Assembly (NCBI GenBank): GCA_017654855.1
Contig: CM030338.1
Coordinates: 4,092,001-4,156,000 of the forward strand
DNA: 64,000 bases
From: Podospora anserina
Lineage: Eukaryota
Direction of reading: 5' to 3'
This document shows positions 49,406 through 62,813 of this stretch, piece by piece. Each line of letters starts with the position of its first letter. Position 1 is the stretch's first letter. The notes beneath the pieces were generated by a model. It was given only the letters and a program-made list of their open reading frames with translations, was not told the DNA's origin and ran no database searches. The position numbers and the translations under genes are program-made.

Positions 49406-50087
49406 CTACCAGCGAGACTGTCCTCGAATTCGGTGGCCGTGTCCATGTTCCGGAGCCGGCTCAGCGGGAGCAACAGGAGCGGCAACCGTAAAGTCGGTGC
49501 AACTCTGATATGTCTGTCCAGCACCAAACCAATGCCACTGGAGGACCTATTTCATGATTAGTCTTTTGCCGCCCCCTTGAATAAGAAATTGAACTTACAC
49601 AAACACCTGCAGCCGCACACTGCGCACCAAGCTCCGGGATCTTGACGCTGAACTTGGTCTGGTCCGCTGGTGGCTTGCTGCTGGCCGCATACCCACTCGC
49701 CCAACTCACCAGCGGGGAGCCCAACACTTTGTTGGTCGTGGTGTCGACAATGGAGACATTGGCGTAGCCAGAGTGGGGAATCCTGATGTACACCTCATAC
49801 TCGACAGAGTCGCCGGGTTTGTACGACTGGACATTGGCGGCGTTGTCGGCGAACTGGTATCCCTTGCAGAGGAACAGATTGCACTTGTTGCGGTCGGGCA
49901 ATGGGTTGGATCTCAAGAAAGCCTCGGGATAAGACGTCTCATCTTGCTTGTAAAAGTTGACCATGGCACGGCCGCACGCCTCGGTTGTGGCATCACCTGG
50001 CTTGCGAGAAGCTGGCTTCAGGACAACACCGTGGGCGGAGACCAGGGAGGCCAGGCCAAGAGCAGAGGAGACGGTGGAGAAATGCAT
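49406..50087 (-). CDS. AA16 lytic polysaccharide monooxygenase-like copper protein (intron 49547-49598)
   Basis: Signal peptide followed by His1 (HGVVLKP), LCKGYQFADN, second His in IRIPHSGYANVS, CVLQWHW...QTYQSC. Confidence 0.85.
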
Positions 50088-50798
50088 GTTTTGTGTTTGT
50101 GATGGTATGTTTTCGACTGGTGACCAGTTGGAAATGTGAGGATGGCGCCTGCTTTTATAGCACCAGGACGGTATCCATGATCTTCGATGGAGAGACTGTT
50201 GTTCATCTCCACCGCGGTCATCTAAACAAAAGCGGTAGACGGAAACCATCACGTTGCGAGGTGCTATATGCCGGACCCCTTGCTTTTGCCTAATGCCACG
50301 CGCTTTGACTCCATTGTCCAATCAAGGCCGAGGGCTCATATGAATCCCCAATTTGGAGAACACTCAAAGTTGTTTATTTGCCCCTCGGCAGACAAGATCC
50401 GAATTTGACGAACCGTCTAGCGGGATCACTGTTGCAGGGCGGAGGAAAACACTGGGGAATTTGTCTGAGGATACAAGGAGTATTTGTCATCAAGGATGGA
50501 GGAGACAGTCGTACCTTTATGTTGAGTCGGTGGAGAGGAACCTCGGTAGAAACAATTTCCATGTTGTGGTGGAACATATCTGTGGGGTGGAGGTCTTTTG
50601 TTTTTTCCTTCCATGAAGTACAAGAGTCACCGTGCCGTGTTGGTCCAATAAGGGAGAAGCTGAGCACCGTTCAATATAATTCATTTCTTTTGAATTTCTC
50701 ATCGTAGCTAGTGCATATAGGGCACTTTCTCGTTTTCTTTGCTGCCTCGTTCCTTTGTGACATAATTCCGCCCTCGACTACAAGTCCGTTTCCTGCAC

Positions 50799-51505
50799 TT
50801 ATGCCTCGGAGGCCAACTGAGCTACCGCAGCACGAAAGTTGCTAATCTTGCCCAGAGCGAGGTTGTGCGAGAACTTTCCACGCGTGTTGTGGATTCCAAA
50901 GCGGCTGGCTGGGTCAGATGGGCTTGACGGACCCTGGTTGGACTGGGCATAAGCAATGCTGGCAGCCGTGCTGGAGGGGTTGAGTCTGGATGTCCCCAGG
51001 TTCGAGACGCCCTTGGCAAGGAAGTTGACAGTCCAGTGGGTGCTATTGGCAACGGTGCCGCCGAGAACCGTATAAGTGGCGCCAGTCCATGGCTGTGGGT
51101 AGGTTCTTGCTCTGTTCTCGTGTCAGCCTGCTGCTTGATATGTTTGTGACAAGAAGAATCATACGTAGCACGGCGGGAAGAAACGACAACCGTCGCAGCA
51201 TTGGCCCATGCAACAGTCAAGGGGTTGTTGACCATGGTGCCACCCCACGCGATACCAGCCCACCCAACAGATTTGGGTGCTTGAAGCTGGACCAGAACAT
51301 CAAAGTCGGCCGTGGCAGTGGCATTCTCGGGAATGGCAGTGCGGAACGCAATTCTCTCTGGTGAAATCCACTCGGAATAGCAAATGGTGGATACAGGATC
51401 GCAGTATTTGACGCTCGCTTGACGGGGAGCAATCTCGTGCGCTGGGGCAGCCTGGACACTGCTGCCCAGAGCCAACACGGTTGCTGCCAGTTGTAAAAGA
51501 CCCAT
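50799..51505 (-). CDS. Secreted stand-alone CDH-type cytochrome b domain protein (AA8) (intron 51112-51164)
   Basis: GWAGIAWGGTMVNNPLTVAW with heme-ligand Met; NSTHW; SRFGIH with heme-ligand His; no flavin domain. Confidence 0.85.
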
Positions 51506-52494
51506 TTTGCACGCTGATAATGGCGATGTTTGCGAGAGGAGTTGAAGGAACGATGGCAAGGGAGGGGGGAAGGGAGGGAGATATGGACACGGTCCAGTGT
51601 TCATGACTCGAGATATATACTTTACATTCCTGCCGTGGCGTCGCTGATTGGGAATGCCGTCAACGGTCCAGACTCTTGCTGGCTTTACCCGCGGCGATCT
51701 TATTCGGCTTCAGGTCCGGCTGTTCATCATTGTCTTATGAGTGTGGGGTTTCTTTCACCGGGGATGTAACCGTTTCTCACCACAACGATGCAGATGTTTC
51801 GGTAGGCGGGGGCGGCTGAAAACAATACATGGCCGTCGTCTGCAGAGATTGCCGGGTTGGTAATTGCAGTTCTCCGAGTGGTTGGCTTAGCAAAAGTTTA
51901 AATATGCTTCTGGGGTCCTTGTATCGGCCGGCAGGTGATGCTCCAGCATGCAGGGGTTAAGATAATTCAGGCTGGGATACCATTCACAGCAGTGTGCAGC
52001 ATCGACTCTTGCCAAAAACTGTCAGGTCTCTCATGAATTAACTCCTCCTCGTCGAAAGCTTACATACCTACTGAAATGTGAGTTGCGAGGGCCGAGGTGG
52101 CTGCAAGGGGAAGGTGCGAGGGAGTGACAACTGAGCTGCAAGTGGCAATCAAGAACTCCAGGCTCATATATCTGTTGTATGCCAGAAGCTTAATCGCTAT
52201 TTGGTTGTCATGGCATCCGGGTATAGGCTAAAGTCCCCGGGTCCATCATCCGAACGTGGATACATGTTGCCTTGTTAAGCGATGTGCTCGGAGTGGACGG
52301 GAGATCCGATGGCATAAACATGAGACAAAATCACTCAGTGGTATTGTGACTCTCGATTCGCCGAATGGTATGCTGACAGAGAGCAGAGATAGGATATATA
52401 TCGTTATGCCCGTCATTTATCTATCATCATTAACCAACCCCCATCGATAACACACATCTTTCGTTCCACAGACATCTCAAACTAAACTAACTGC

Positions 52495-53024
52495 TCACAG
52501 CCAAGCGAAGATACCTGGAGCCCTGACCCTCCCAGCAGCCCCTGGGACGACCGAGGTGCTGATCGACGTGGTGGTTGTAGCATTTCCCGAGGAAATGGGA
52601 ACGGGTGGATTGATAGTGGCGCACGTTGAAGGAGTGACGATGTTGTACGATGTCGTGCAGTGGAGTCCTTTGCAGTTGTCTTCACAAGGGAAGTTGGCAG
52701 TGACGGTCGGGATGCTCTTGGGACAGTCACAAGACTGAGTGAGGGTAGAGACCATGGTGCAGGCGAGGATTGGGCAAGTTGCGCAAAGCTCGCCGGTCAC
52801 AGTGACAGTTGGACAGCCTGTCGTGGGATTCGGCGTGACAGGCTCTGGGGGTACTGAGTATACAGTGGTAACGCCAGTCCCTGCGCTGTTGGTGGTGGTA
52901 GCATCGTCTTGGGCCGACGCACTATTGGGAATGTGTAAGCGTCCAATGGCAAGTAGTGGTATTTGACGGAGTGTGCTTACATGCGGGCAAATACGAGATT
53001 AGCAGTAATGGCAAGATATCTCAT
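52495..53024 (-). CDS. Secreted 10-Cys domain protein, paralog of 39265-40000 (intron 52922-52980)
   Basis: Signal-like N-terminus and identical Cys spacing to the paralog. Confidence 0.75.
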
Positions 53025-53742
53025 GGTGGTGATCTGATACCGTCAACTTTGGAGGTTTGTCTTTGGAGAGTGCGAGATCAATAACAACGGAGAGAGACAT
53101 CGGTATTTTTATCTTGACGTGGCCGAAGGACTAAGGTAAGCACAAGTACCATACAATGGAGCAAAGCTCGTATTGCTGCTTGATTTGACAAGTATTTGTT
53201 TCAGACTCGACTAACATTTCCTTACAGGTCAAAAGTGTCTTGGCGTGACGTGTAGCACGGGCTGAGTCAATAGCACAACGTATCGCACAAGGACCCAGAG
53301 AGATGGAGAAATCTTGTTGTGTTGTTGAATGTATTAACGTCGAATATAACATGTCGTACGTAGGTCACTCACTGGCTAAAAAAGTGAAACAAAAGACAAT
53401 AAGATAATGATGTGAAATCCAGAGAAAAGGTATATAAAATACTAGGCTTAAAAATAACTAAAGTATATAAAAAAGAAGAACCTATAATACTGGAAGGAAT
53501 TATATAATATATGGAGTAATGTATATTATTTTAAAGAGGCTAACTTCGTATATAAAGTCTCTAAAGGTCTTTTAAAGTCTATTTAAAAACAATTAAATTA
53601 ACTATACAAATAAAAAGCTATTAAACAGATAAAATATATAAAGTCTTTTAGTTTTGCTAGAAATATTATAAATTAATAACAACAATTAATATACTAAAGT
53701 TTATTTTGCTTCATCTCTTGAAACGAAGTAAAAATACTTATA

Positions 53743-55605
53743 ACGTACATTATAAGCGAGTGCACCATATAAGCGAGTGCACCACTTTCCACCACCCTAC
53801 GAATACTATCCTCAATTACACTACATCAACACAAGGAATTAACTATAATTATATCAGAAACAGCTGAATCTGAGGCATCTGCAGCTTCCTGGCAAGTGCG
53901 CGTATTATAGCCAGGCTTGCCGCACACACTACAGCACTGAACCTTCGTACGAGCCCCCCTTACATTACTACTATCCGGCTGCGTTTCTTACACTCCCTCC
54001 TTATCCACGGCCTTCTAATCTAATAGATCCTGTGCCTTTTGTATAGTAAGTGACCCTCTAAGCTTTACACGTGTTTTTTTAGCTCTCCGGCGCTTACTTA
54101 GTACCTTATTAGCTTTACGGAGCGAAGAGACCTCTACACGAAGGAGAGCCACCTAGTATATTATAGCCGTTATACCTTTAGTAAGCTAGTCTACTATAGC
54201 CAGTATTAAAGTCGGGGAGTTATTTTAATAATTAGTAATACGAATTTTAATAAACGTTAATTATAAATTAACTTCTTAAAAGTTATATAGTATCTAGGAA
54301 ACTTAAAGTTATATAGTACCGGGCTATAAGTTTAGAGGTATTAGCGTATAAAGCTTTATATTTAGTTTAGAAAGTACTTTCTTTAGATCGTATAATATAA
54401 GATTAACGCTTACAAAGCCACTTTATATATTCTTCTTTATTATAAAAACGAAAAAAGTTTTACGGAAAGTATAAAGGAACTCGAGCTTACTTATATAATT
54501 AATATATATACGTATTAAGTCTTCTATTTAACGATCGTACACTTATTTTAGCGGCCTAAAATAATTAATATTAAATAATTAAAGGAAGTAGGAGAAGTAT
54601 AGAAATATATAGAACGTAATAATATTATTTTATTAATAATAATATTTAAATTCGGTCGAGTAATAGTTTTCGTAATTATCGAGGATTAATAATCGGTATT
54701 TATTTTTTATATAGAACGCTATATAATAATTAAAATATTTAATTTAATTTAAGTTTATTAAATTAATAATTTATTTATTATCGGTAATTATAATATATTA
54801 AATAAATAATAAATTATATTCGGTATATTAATTAGTAAGGTAATACTATACGATTAAAATAATAAAAAAAAGGATAGTTTAATTAAAGATATTAATTCCC
54901 TAAATTACTATTACTTATTCGCGGTTATTAAGTTAAACCAATTTTACTTTACTAAAGCCGTCCGAAATCGTAATTACTATACCCACGAAAATAATATTTA
55001 TTATAAACCTAGTCTCGTCGAAATTATAAATATCGTTATTTATAATACTATACTTAAACTTAATATTCCGTATAAGCGTAAATTACTCGGTAATAACCTT
55101 TAAATTCTCGTACTTAGTCCTTTAGTAATTATATTTATACGTAAAACGCGTATAGAACTATAACTAGCGTTTAACGAAATTATATACCTAAAGTTTATTA
55201 ATAAGGGGCGCGTCGCGTATACGTAGTAGTTAATTAATTATATTTTCTATACCATATAATTTTAATAAAAAAGCTCGCGTATATAGCTCAATAATATATT
55301 AAATAATAGTATCCTCTTCGGATTAAATAAGCTTTTTCGATTTAGGTATAGTATCGCGTCGTGTAGGCCGGTTAGCGCGTCGTTGTAAGAGAGTCGTATA
55401 GTGGACGTTGTAGATCTTTCTTGCGGCTCGGAAGCTGAGATTTTTATTTTTTTTAAGAGCTTCGAGGGCTAAGATCACCCTAGCTTCCTTTAAAGTAGAA
55501 GGTATATTAGGTTATGTAGAAAAAGTTGATGTTAGGTGGAAGGATAGTGCGTCGCTTAAAAAGTGATGCACTCGCTTATATGGTGCACTCGCTTATAATG
55601 TACGT
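53743..55605 (-). mobile_element. RIP-inactivated Fot1/pogo DNA transposon, copy B
   Basis: TA duplication; TIRs ACGTACATTATAAGCGAGTGCACCATATAAGCGAGTGCA; colinear with copy A. Confidence 0.92.
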
Positions 55606-55828
55606 TATCCTTAGTATAACTTTAGTTACTACACTTTCAAATACTTTTATATCCTAATTTTAACTATCTTTTAATAATAATATATAAAGATAACTTTTTT
55701 TCCCGTAGGGATCTAGAAACTAAAAAGCAAGATACCTTTCTATAAAGTAAAGCTTTTAAAAGTTAAAATATATCGATATTAAATAGGTGCTGTTAAGGCC
55801 ATAATAAAGGCTTTATTTAATAGATCCT

Positions 55829-56002
55829 TGTTACGGTTCTGGAAAACAGTAGGGCCACGAGGGACTAATCAAGACTAGACCGCGCGATCGAGCGTAGCTT
55901 ACGGTTTAGGTAGGCAAACGGACTAATAAGATAGGGACTGGAGACCGCGGCGGAGCTCACGGTCCACGGTCCAGTATCGGCTAATTAGGAGTGGACCGAG
56001 GA
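55829..56002 (+). mobile_element. LTR fragment (starts TGTTAC), apparently interrupted at 56003 by a TGTAAC-starting element
   Basis: Abrupt switch to GC-richer sequence at TGTTACGG; second TG-type end at 56003. Confidence 0.45.
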
Positions 56003-56100
56003 TGTAACGAATCCCTATCAGTTATTCTCCGATAGATTGTAGTATAATCCGTTAAGAAACGCACCAAAAAAAACGCCCCACGTTAGAAATAGGGGGTAGG

Positions 56101-57640
56101 ATCCGTTAAAAATTTAGTTATATAATTTAATAAGATTTTTCTAACTAAAATAAAAAATAAAAGTATTATTAAAATTGCTTAAACGTACTATTTAAAATAA
56201 TATAAGGTATATTATTATACGAGCGGTATAGAATTATAAATAGTCAATGTGAAGTTAAGTATAAGTATATTAGTAATGTACGTAAATAGTAAAGTAAATA
56301 ATATTTATTAAGAATTTAGTTATACGATCCGATAAAGTTTTTTTTACCGAACCGAAATAGGAAAATATTTTTAGAACTCTCTAAACGAGCTGCACTAAAT
56401 GGTATAGGATATATTATTATACGAGCGGTATAGATTAGTAAATAATAAATATAAAGTTAAGTATAAGTATATTAATTATATACGTAAATAGTAAAGTAAG
56501 TAATATCCGTTAAAAATTTAGTTATACGATCCGATAAGATTTTTTTAATTAAAATAAAAAATAAAAGTATTATTATAATTGCTTAAACGTACTATATAAA
56601 ATTATATAGGATATATTATTATACGAGCGGTATAGAATTATAAATAGTAGATATAAAGTTAGGTATAAATATATTAGTAATATACGTAAATAGTAAAGTT
56701 AGTACGATCCGTTAAGAATTTAGTTGTACGATGCGATGAGATTTTTCTAACTAAAATAAAAAATAAAAATATTATTAGAATCGTTTTAACGAGCTGCATA
56801 GAATAGTATCGGGTATATTATTATACGAGCGGTATAGAAATGTAAATAATAAATATAAAGTTAGGTATAAATATATTAATAATGTACGTAAATAGTAAAG
56901 TAAGTAACATCCGTTGAGAATTCAGTTATACGATCCGATAAGATTTTTCTAACTAAAGTAAAAAGGAAAGATATTATTAGAATCGGCTAAACGAGCTATA
57001 TAGAATAATATAAGATATATTGTCGTACGAGCGGTATAAAATAGGAAATAGTAAATATAAAGTTAGGTATAAGTATATTAGTATAACGAACCTCTATATA
57101 GAACCTCTGAAAGGGATACGGGTTAAAGGTAATTTCTAATAATTAATTCGGTGCAGCTAAATAGTATATAATAAAATATCTCGATATAAATATAAGATAC
57201 CGTAAATATAACTGTGAATTGCATACTACGGAACTATTTATCTATACTAGCTAGTTCCTCTGTATATATAGACCTATTTATTACTATTATTACTAGTAAT
57301 AATGTCGATTATTACTCGTCGTTCACTAAAGGCTAATAATAATCGTGATTATTACCCTTAGCGCTAGTAATAATCTAACTTCCTTACTTTTCCGTTCTTA
57401 GTGGTTAGACGGGTCACGCCCCGCGCTCCTTACTTATATTAGGTCCGTGATAGCTGGTAATGCATATAGATAGTAACATAAGGTTAAGTAATAGAATAAT
57501 ATATTATACGATCCGATAAAAACTTTTTTATTAAAATAAAAAATAAAATATTATTAAAATTACTTTTACGAGTTATATAAAAGAATATAAAATATATTAT
57601 AATATAAATAATATATAATAACATATAATAAATATAAAAT
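56101..57640. repeat. 202-bp tandem array (about 5 units plus a partial), RIP-degenerate, interrupted by a solo LTR
   Basis: Unit starts at 56101, 56303, 56505, 56707 and 56909; resumes after 57457. Confidence 0.85.
57082..57452 (-). mobile_element. Solo LTR, gypsy (crapaud-like), RIPed
   Basis: RIPed TG..CA ends (TATAAC / GTGATA); 3' half is the reverse complement of 58002-58191; flanks ATTAG/GCTGG differ only by RIP-type transitions. Confidence 0.8.
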
Positions 57641-57745
57641 TATTAATGTGTGGGTACTATTAAGTACCCTACTTACTGCCCTATAAATTCATATTACAGT
57701 AGGCAGTACTGCTATAAGCAGTAATGGAACTTCCCGGCTTAAATC
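57641..57745 (+). mobile_element. First about 105 bp of a copia-type LTR, interrupted by the gypsy element
   Basis: Reverse-complement match to 59720-59824. Confidence 0.8.
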
Positions 57746-59192
57746 TGTCACAACCCTAGTACAGGACGGTTGTGGGGCCACGGGAATAAGGGGCCAATCG
57801 GGAGAACGTATAGGGGAGCTAATCACAGTAAAGGCAAAGTAATTAGTGTAATTAGGGCACTAAGCAAACTAAGTAGAGTAATTAGTGTAATTAAGGCACT
57901 AAGCAAACTAAGTAAAGGTAATTAGTGTAATTAAGGTACTAAGTAAACTAAGCCGAGGTAATCAGTGGCTTTAGGAGACTAATCACGGCTTAGTATAAGG
58001 ACTATATATACGCAGGAACTAGCTAGTGTAAATAGATAGTTCCGCAGTATATAATTTAAGCTTATATTTACAGCATTTTATATTTATATCGAGATATTTT
58101 ATTATGTATTATTTAGCTGCACCGAATTAATTATTAAAAATTACCTTTAACCCGTATTCCTTTTAAAGGTTCTACATAGGGGTTTATTATACGTTATATA
58201 CTTACTTTAACTCTATTACGGATAAATTAAAGGTATTAAAATAACGCTATAGCCGGAAACGTTAGTACTTAAAGGGGCTCGACCTAGCCCACTATCGACT
58301 AACTTTTCGCTCGTATTTAAAAGCTTAAAAATAAATTACGCTTTTCCTATAATACCTTTACATAAAAGAACGTTATACTCCACTAGGAGATTAGTACCTT
58401 ACGTAAAGAGGGAAAGCGTACTAAGCTCGAGGTACTTAATTATTATAGAAGCGTAAAGGGAGAGCTAAGAGGGTTCCTAATCTAATTTAAAGCTTATTTT
58501 CGGTACTATCCTTCTCGTTTCCTAAATAAAGAATCTAAAATTATATATATTACGTCCTAACTTAAAAATAAAATATTTACTTAATTTAAATCGATTTTAA
58601 GAAATTACTTTAATAATAAATACGACGAAAGGAAGGATATTATAAAAAAATATTTTAAGTCGTATAAAGGCTTTAAAGAGAAAATTAAAGAGGTATTTAA
58701 AGAGTATAACGAAGGTAAGTATACCTAAAAGCGACTAACTAACCTTAAATAGACTCGATTTACTACCGACTATATTATAATATTTAAAATAAATATATTC
58801 CGTAGTATAATTACCGTTAAAAGGTTAATATAATTATTTTATAATAGGTTTAAAGAAAAAATTAAAAATAAATTATATCGAATAAAGCGACCGGAGACTA
58901 TCGACGAATATATTATAATAATAATCTATATCGATAATTAATAATAATAGCGCCGTAAAAAACGTAAAGGTATATACGTATAAAAACCCTACTACCCTAA
59001 CGATAAAAGGAAGAGACGGCTATACAGGACTTACGTTTCGGGGACTATATACGTAAAGCCTATAAAAGTTAATACTATTTAATAATAAAGGCTATAAAAT
59101 AAAAATAAAAATAACCCTAAGTATTTTAATTATAATAAAGTAAAATACTTTAAAAAAAACTATAAAATACTTAAGTAATTTAAATAGAAAAG
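57746..59192 (+). mobile_element. RIPed gypsy (crapaud-like) retrotransposon: 5' LTR 57746-58191 and decayed gag, interrupted at 59193
   Basis: TGTCAC start, TATA in LTR, gag relic (LRGFLI.FKAYF, LFYN.LKEKIK, RIPed CCHC knuckle). Confidence 0.8.
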
Positions 59193-62100
59193 TGTTAGCT
59201 GGTAAGCCCTGATAGGCCTATAATATAGAACCTATACAGGGTTGCTGTAAAATACAGCAGTGCGCAAGCGGAAGCGGGAGGATACGACGGCAGTGCCGAA
59301 GGAAGGTAAAGCACTATAATACAGTGAGGTATAAAGAATAAGAATTGCCTTTATTACCCTTGGCTTTGGCCTTTGGCCTTAGCCTTAAGCTTTTGCCCTT
59401 AAGGAAAGAAAGAAAACTATTCTACAGGAGAGAGGAGAGGTCTATATATAGGCCTTCGTAAGCCTACTGTGGGTCCTGTAGGCCCTGGAAGCCCCTATAC
59501 CACTTTAGGGTATTTGGTGGGCTTAGGTGGGTCTAGTATAGACTCACGGAAATCCATAGAACCTTCGGCAACAAAGGTGCTCTGTAAATCATGCTATTGT
59601 AGCGACTTACTACGTAAGCCTGTAGCTACTTTGGAAGGTTCTAGTATCTATTAATTAAGCCTTAGGCTATAATAGCCCTATAAGCCTTTAAGGGTCCCTT
59701 GTAAAGAATATTCTAAAGGGATCCAAGCCGGGAAGTTCCATTACTGCTTATAGCAGTACTGCCTACTATAATATTAATCTATAGAGTAGTAAGTAGGGCA
59801 CTTAGTAGTACCCACACATTAACACCCCTTCTGTGGGAGTGCTAGGTGCCTACTTACTAGGCCGTAGGGCCCTTATAAGTACTAGGCTTCCGGTAGTTTA
59901 TTAGCTCTAAAAAGCGCTAGAATTTAGGTGCTAGTAGGGCCTTTGTTAGGCCGTCGGCTACTATATCCTCTGTAGGTACGAAGGATATAGTAATATTTCC
60001 TTCTGTAACGCTTTTCCTAACGCTCTGGAATTTAAGGAGCGTGTGCTTAGTACGGTTATAGTACTTCGGGTTATGGGCTATCTCTATAGCACCTTAGTTA
60101 TCGCACGTTAGGGGGGTAGGGCTCTTTAGAGAGCGCTAAATTTTACTGTATAGCCCTCTAAGCCATAGGGCTTTCCGGTTACCTTCGATTAAAGCCGTAT
60201 ATTCGGCCTCGAGGGTGCTGTAAGCAACCGTAGGCACTCGTTTAGATTTCTAGCTTATAGGGCCACCTCCCACTAAAAATAAGTAGCCGTAAGTAGACCG
60301 AGTAGTGGTTTTACAGCCAGCGAAATCGCTATCGGTATAGCCTATAGGCTTAATACTACCCGTACCTCCTAACTGTATAGCTAGGTCCATCGTGCTATAT
60401 AGGTAGCTTAGTAGCTTTTTAGCTGCTTTTAGGTGGGCTACCTTAGGTGCTTGTAGGTGCCGTGAAAGCTACTGAACGGAGTGGGCAATATCGGCCCGGG
60501 TTTGGGTTATCGGGTAGGTAGTAGTGCCTAGTAGGCTCTAATATAGCTTAGTGTTAGCCTTGTTTAGTGGATTAGAGGGAGTTTCGGGGCTTATAAAGCC
60601 TGGAGAGAGCGGTAAGGCGGGTGCGTGAGTGCTAACTTCGAAGTGCTTGACAGCCTCTTGGATATAGGCCTTTTGGTGGAGCTAAAGTAGCCTTTTACGC
60701 CTATTTCTTTTAATTTGGACCCCGAGAAAGAACTTAGTAGGGCCTAAGTCCTCTATATCGTAGGCCTGAGCTAACTATAGCTTCAGGGCCTAAATGTCTG
60801 TAATAGAGGGTCTAATTAGTAGGCAGTCGTCGACGTGGCTTACTATGAAGATGCCTTTGTAAGGGTTATAGTAGGTAGCCGAGTCTGAGACTAGTGGACT
60901 ATAGCCTAGGGTTTTGGCTAGTGCCGTAACCTTTTGTTGCTATAGGTGGGGGGCCTGTTTTAGGCCGTATAGGGACCTTTTTAGTACTATAACTTAGTCC
61001 TTCGAAGGGTCCTAGCAGTATTATTTTAGAAGGTCTATAGCGGTTTGGCTACTAAGGCTATATTCGTATAGGCCTTCAGGGACTTCTATATATATATCGG
61101 AGTCTATACTAGCGTTAAGAAAGGCCCTAACAAAATCGATTTGCTTAATTTCTAAGTCTTCTTCAGCTGTAATAGCTAGTAAAACCCGCTAGGTAGGTGG
61201 CGCTGTAGTGGCTGCAAAGGTCTCGGTAAAGTCGGTTCCGGGCACCTATTGGAAGCCTCTAATTACTAGCCGGGCCTTAAATTTAGTAATTTAGCCCTGT
61301 GAGTCCTTTTTAGCCTTATAGACCTAACGGCTAGTAATAGGCTTTTTTGGAGCCTGAGAGCGGTTAATGAAGTAGAAGGTTTTGGAATTTAGTAGCTACT
61401 ATAGTTTACTAAAGGAAGCCTGTAGCTACTAGTCCTTTAGTAGGTACTTTAGAGCCTGTTTAAAGGTCCTAAGTTCTGTGCTAATAGAAGTAGTGCTGTA
61501 AGTGATAGCAGTAGCAGCCTGGTTGATGAAATAATTCACTAGAGCAGTGGTATCTATAGTATTGTTATTTACTACTTCGAATTCCTCCTTCTGTAGCTTA
61601 ATGGCCTACGGAAGTAGTACTTCGATATTGGTAAGCTTTGGAGGTGCTATTGCTGTAAGTGTAGGCCTAGGAGGTGCTGTTGTAGTAGGTGCCCCTTTTG
61701 TGATTATAGGGGGTTTCCTTTCTGAAGGCTCGATGTTTTCTAGTTCTGGAAGCCTTAATTGCGATATAGAGGCTATAGGTCCTTCTAAATAAGGCCTATA
61801 ATCTTTGTATAGTTTGACGAATAGCGTTTGGATTACTTGCCGGTGGCCTAGCTATATTAAATAAATGTTATTACTTAGTACGGCTAGAAGCTTGCTTTTA
61901 GTAGCTTTAGGCTCTAGCTTCCTTGCGGTAATGCGTTTTTCAGGGGGTGTAAGTACTAAAACTTCAGCGCCTATAGCCCTGTAAGGTCCGAGGTCCGGGA
62001 CGTAAGGGGCCTATAAGGGTACTAATTCGTTAAGAAATAACTAGTGGGGCGTAAATTCCTTAGTGGAAGTGGCTGTACGGTTAATAATATCTATAATAGA

Positions 62101-62813
62101 GTTAATTACGTAGCACTAGAGGGTAAGTAGTAGGCTAGAGGCTACTATAGTAGCCCGTAGACGCTCTAAAATTACCCGAATAAAGCGCTCGGCTAGGCTG
62201 TTTTAGTGGTGGGCGTATGGGCTAGACTTACTAAAGGTTATACCTTTTTTAGTGAGGTAGGGTAATAGCCTTCGAATTTCCTTACCCCCGTCGTAGTGGA
62301 ATTATGCCGGGTACCGCTTATAAGTATTATATAGACTCTCTATAGCGGAGCGAGCCTCTATAGCGACTTCGTCCTTAGTTTTTAGGAGCCTAACAAGCCT
62401 GTACCGGGTCTTACGGTCCACTAAAATAAGCCCGTAAGGCCTGCTGTTTAGTGGGGTGGGTCGAATTATAAATATATCCCTTTCTATTCGATTTAGCGTA
62501 TATAGTGGGTCCGTTATAGGCCTTTTAGAGGGTTTACGCAGTAATTTAGCTGCGTCATAGCTTTTATAGGTTAGATCTGTAGGCTATACCTTCTGTAAAT
62601 TGGGTATGCCCTTAGTAATTAGGGTAGTTTTCTTTAGAAGGTTTAGGCCTATATAACCTAATCGAACGTGCTAGAGTTTTGCAGCCTGAATTAACGCTTG
62701 GTTACGTTAGTAGGGCGAATGCTCTGTACGGCGAGGGGTAGGCGCCGTAGTGGTAGTTGGTTTAGGCGCTGTGATAGGCGCTGTGGTAGTGGTTTGGGGT
62801 GCGGCCACAGGCC
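59193..62813 (-). mobile_element. RIPed Ty1/copia retrotransposon: 3' LTR 59193-59824, PPT, RNase H, RT, integrase; interrupted at 62814
   Basis: TGTTA...TAACA LTR preceded by purine tract AGAAGGGG; minus-strand relics GYTDSDFAG, STLEAEY, HVDD, QIDFVRAFLNA, integrase and pre-integrase (HVRLG) in copia order. Confidence 0.9.

Noticed and set aside
55824-56015. Complete short solo LTR with ATCCT/ATCCC TSD
   Set aside because: The right end is not a clean CA and the TSD is imperfect. A nested start at 56003 fits equally well, so left unresolved.
56101-57081. CRISPR-like array
   Set aside because: Contiguous tandem units with no unique spacers, in eukaryotic DNA.
60826-60840. HVDD instead of YVDD in the copia RT
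   Set aside because: A variant seen among fungal copia elements, and this copy is dead.
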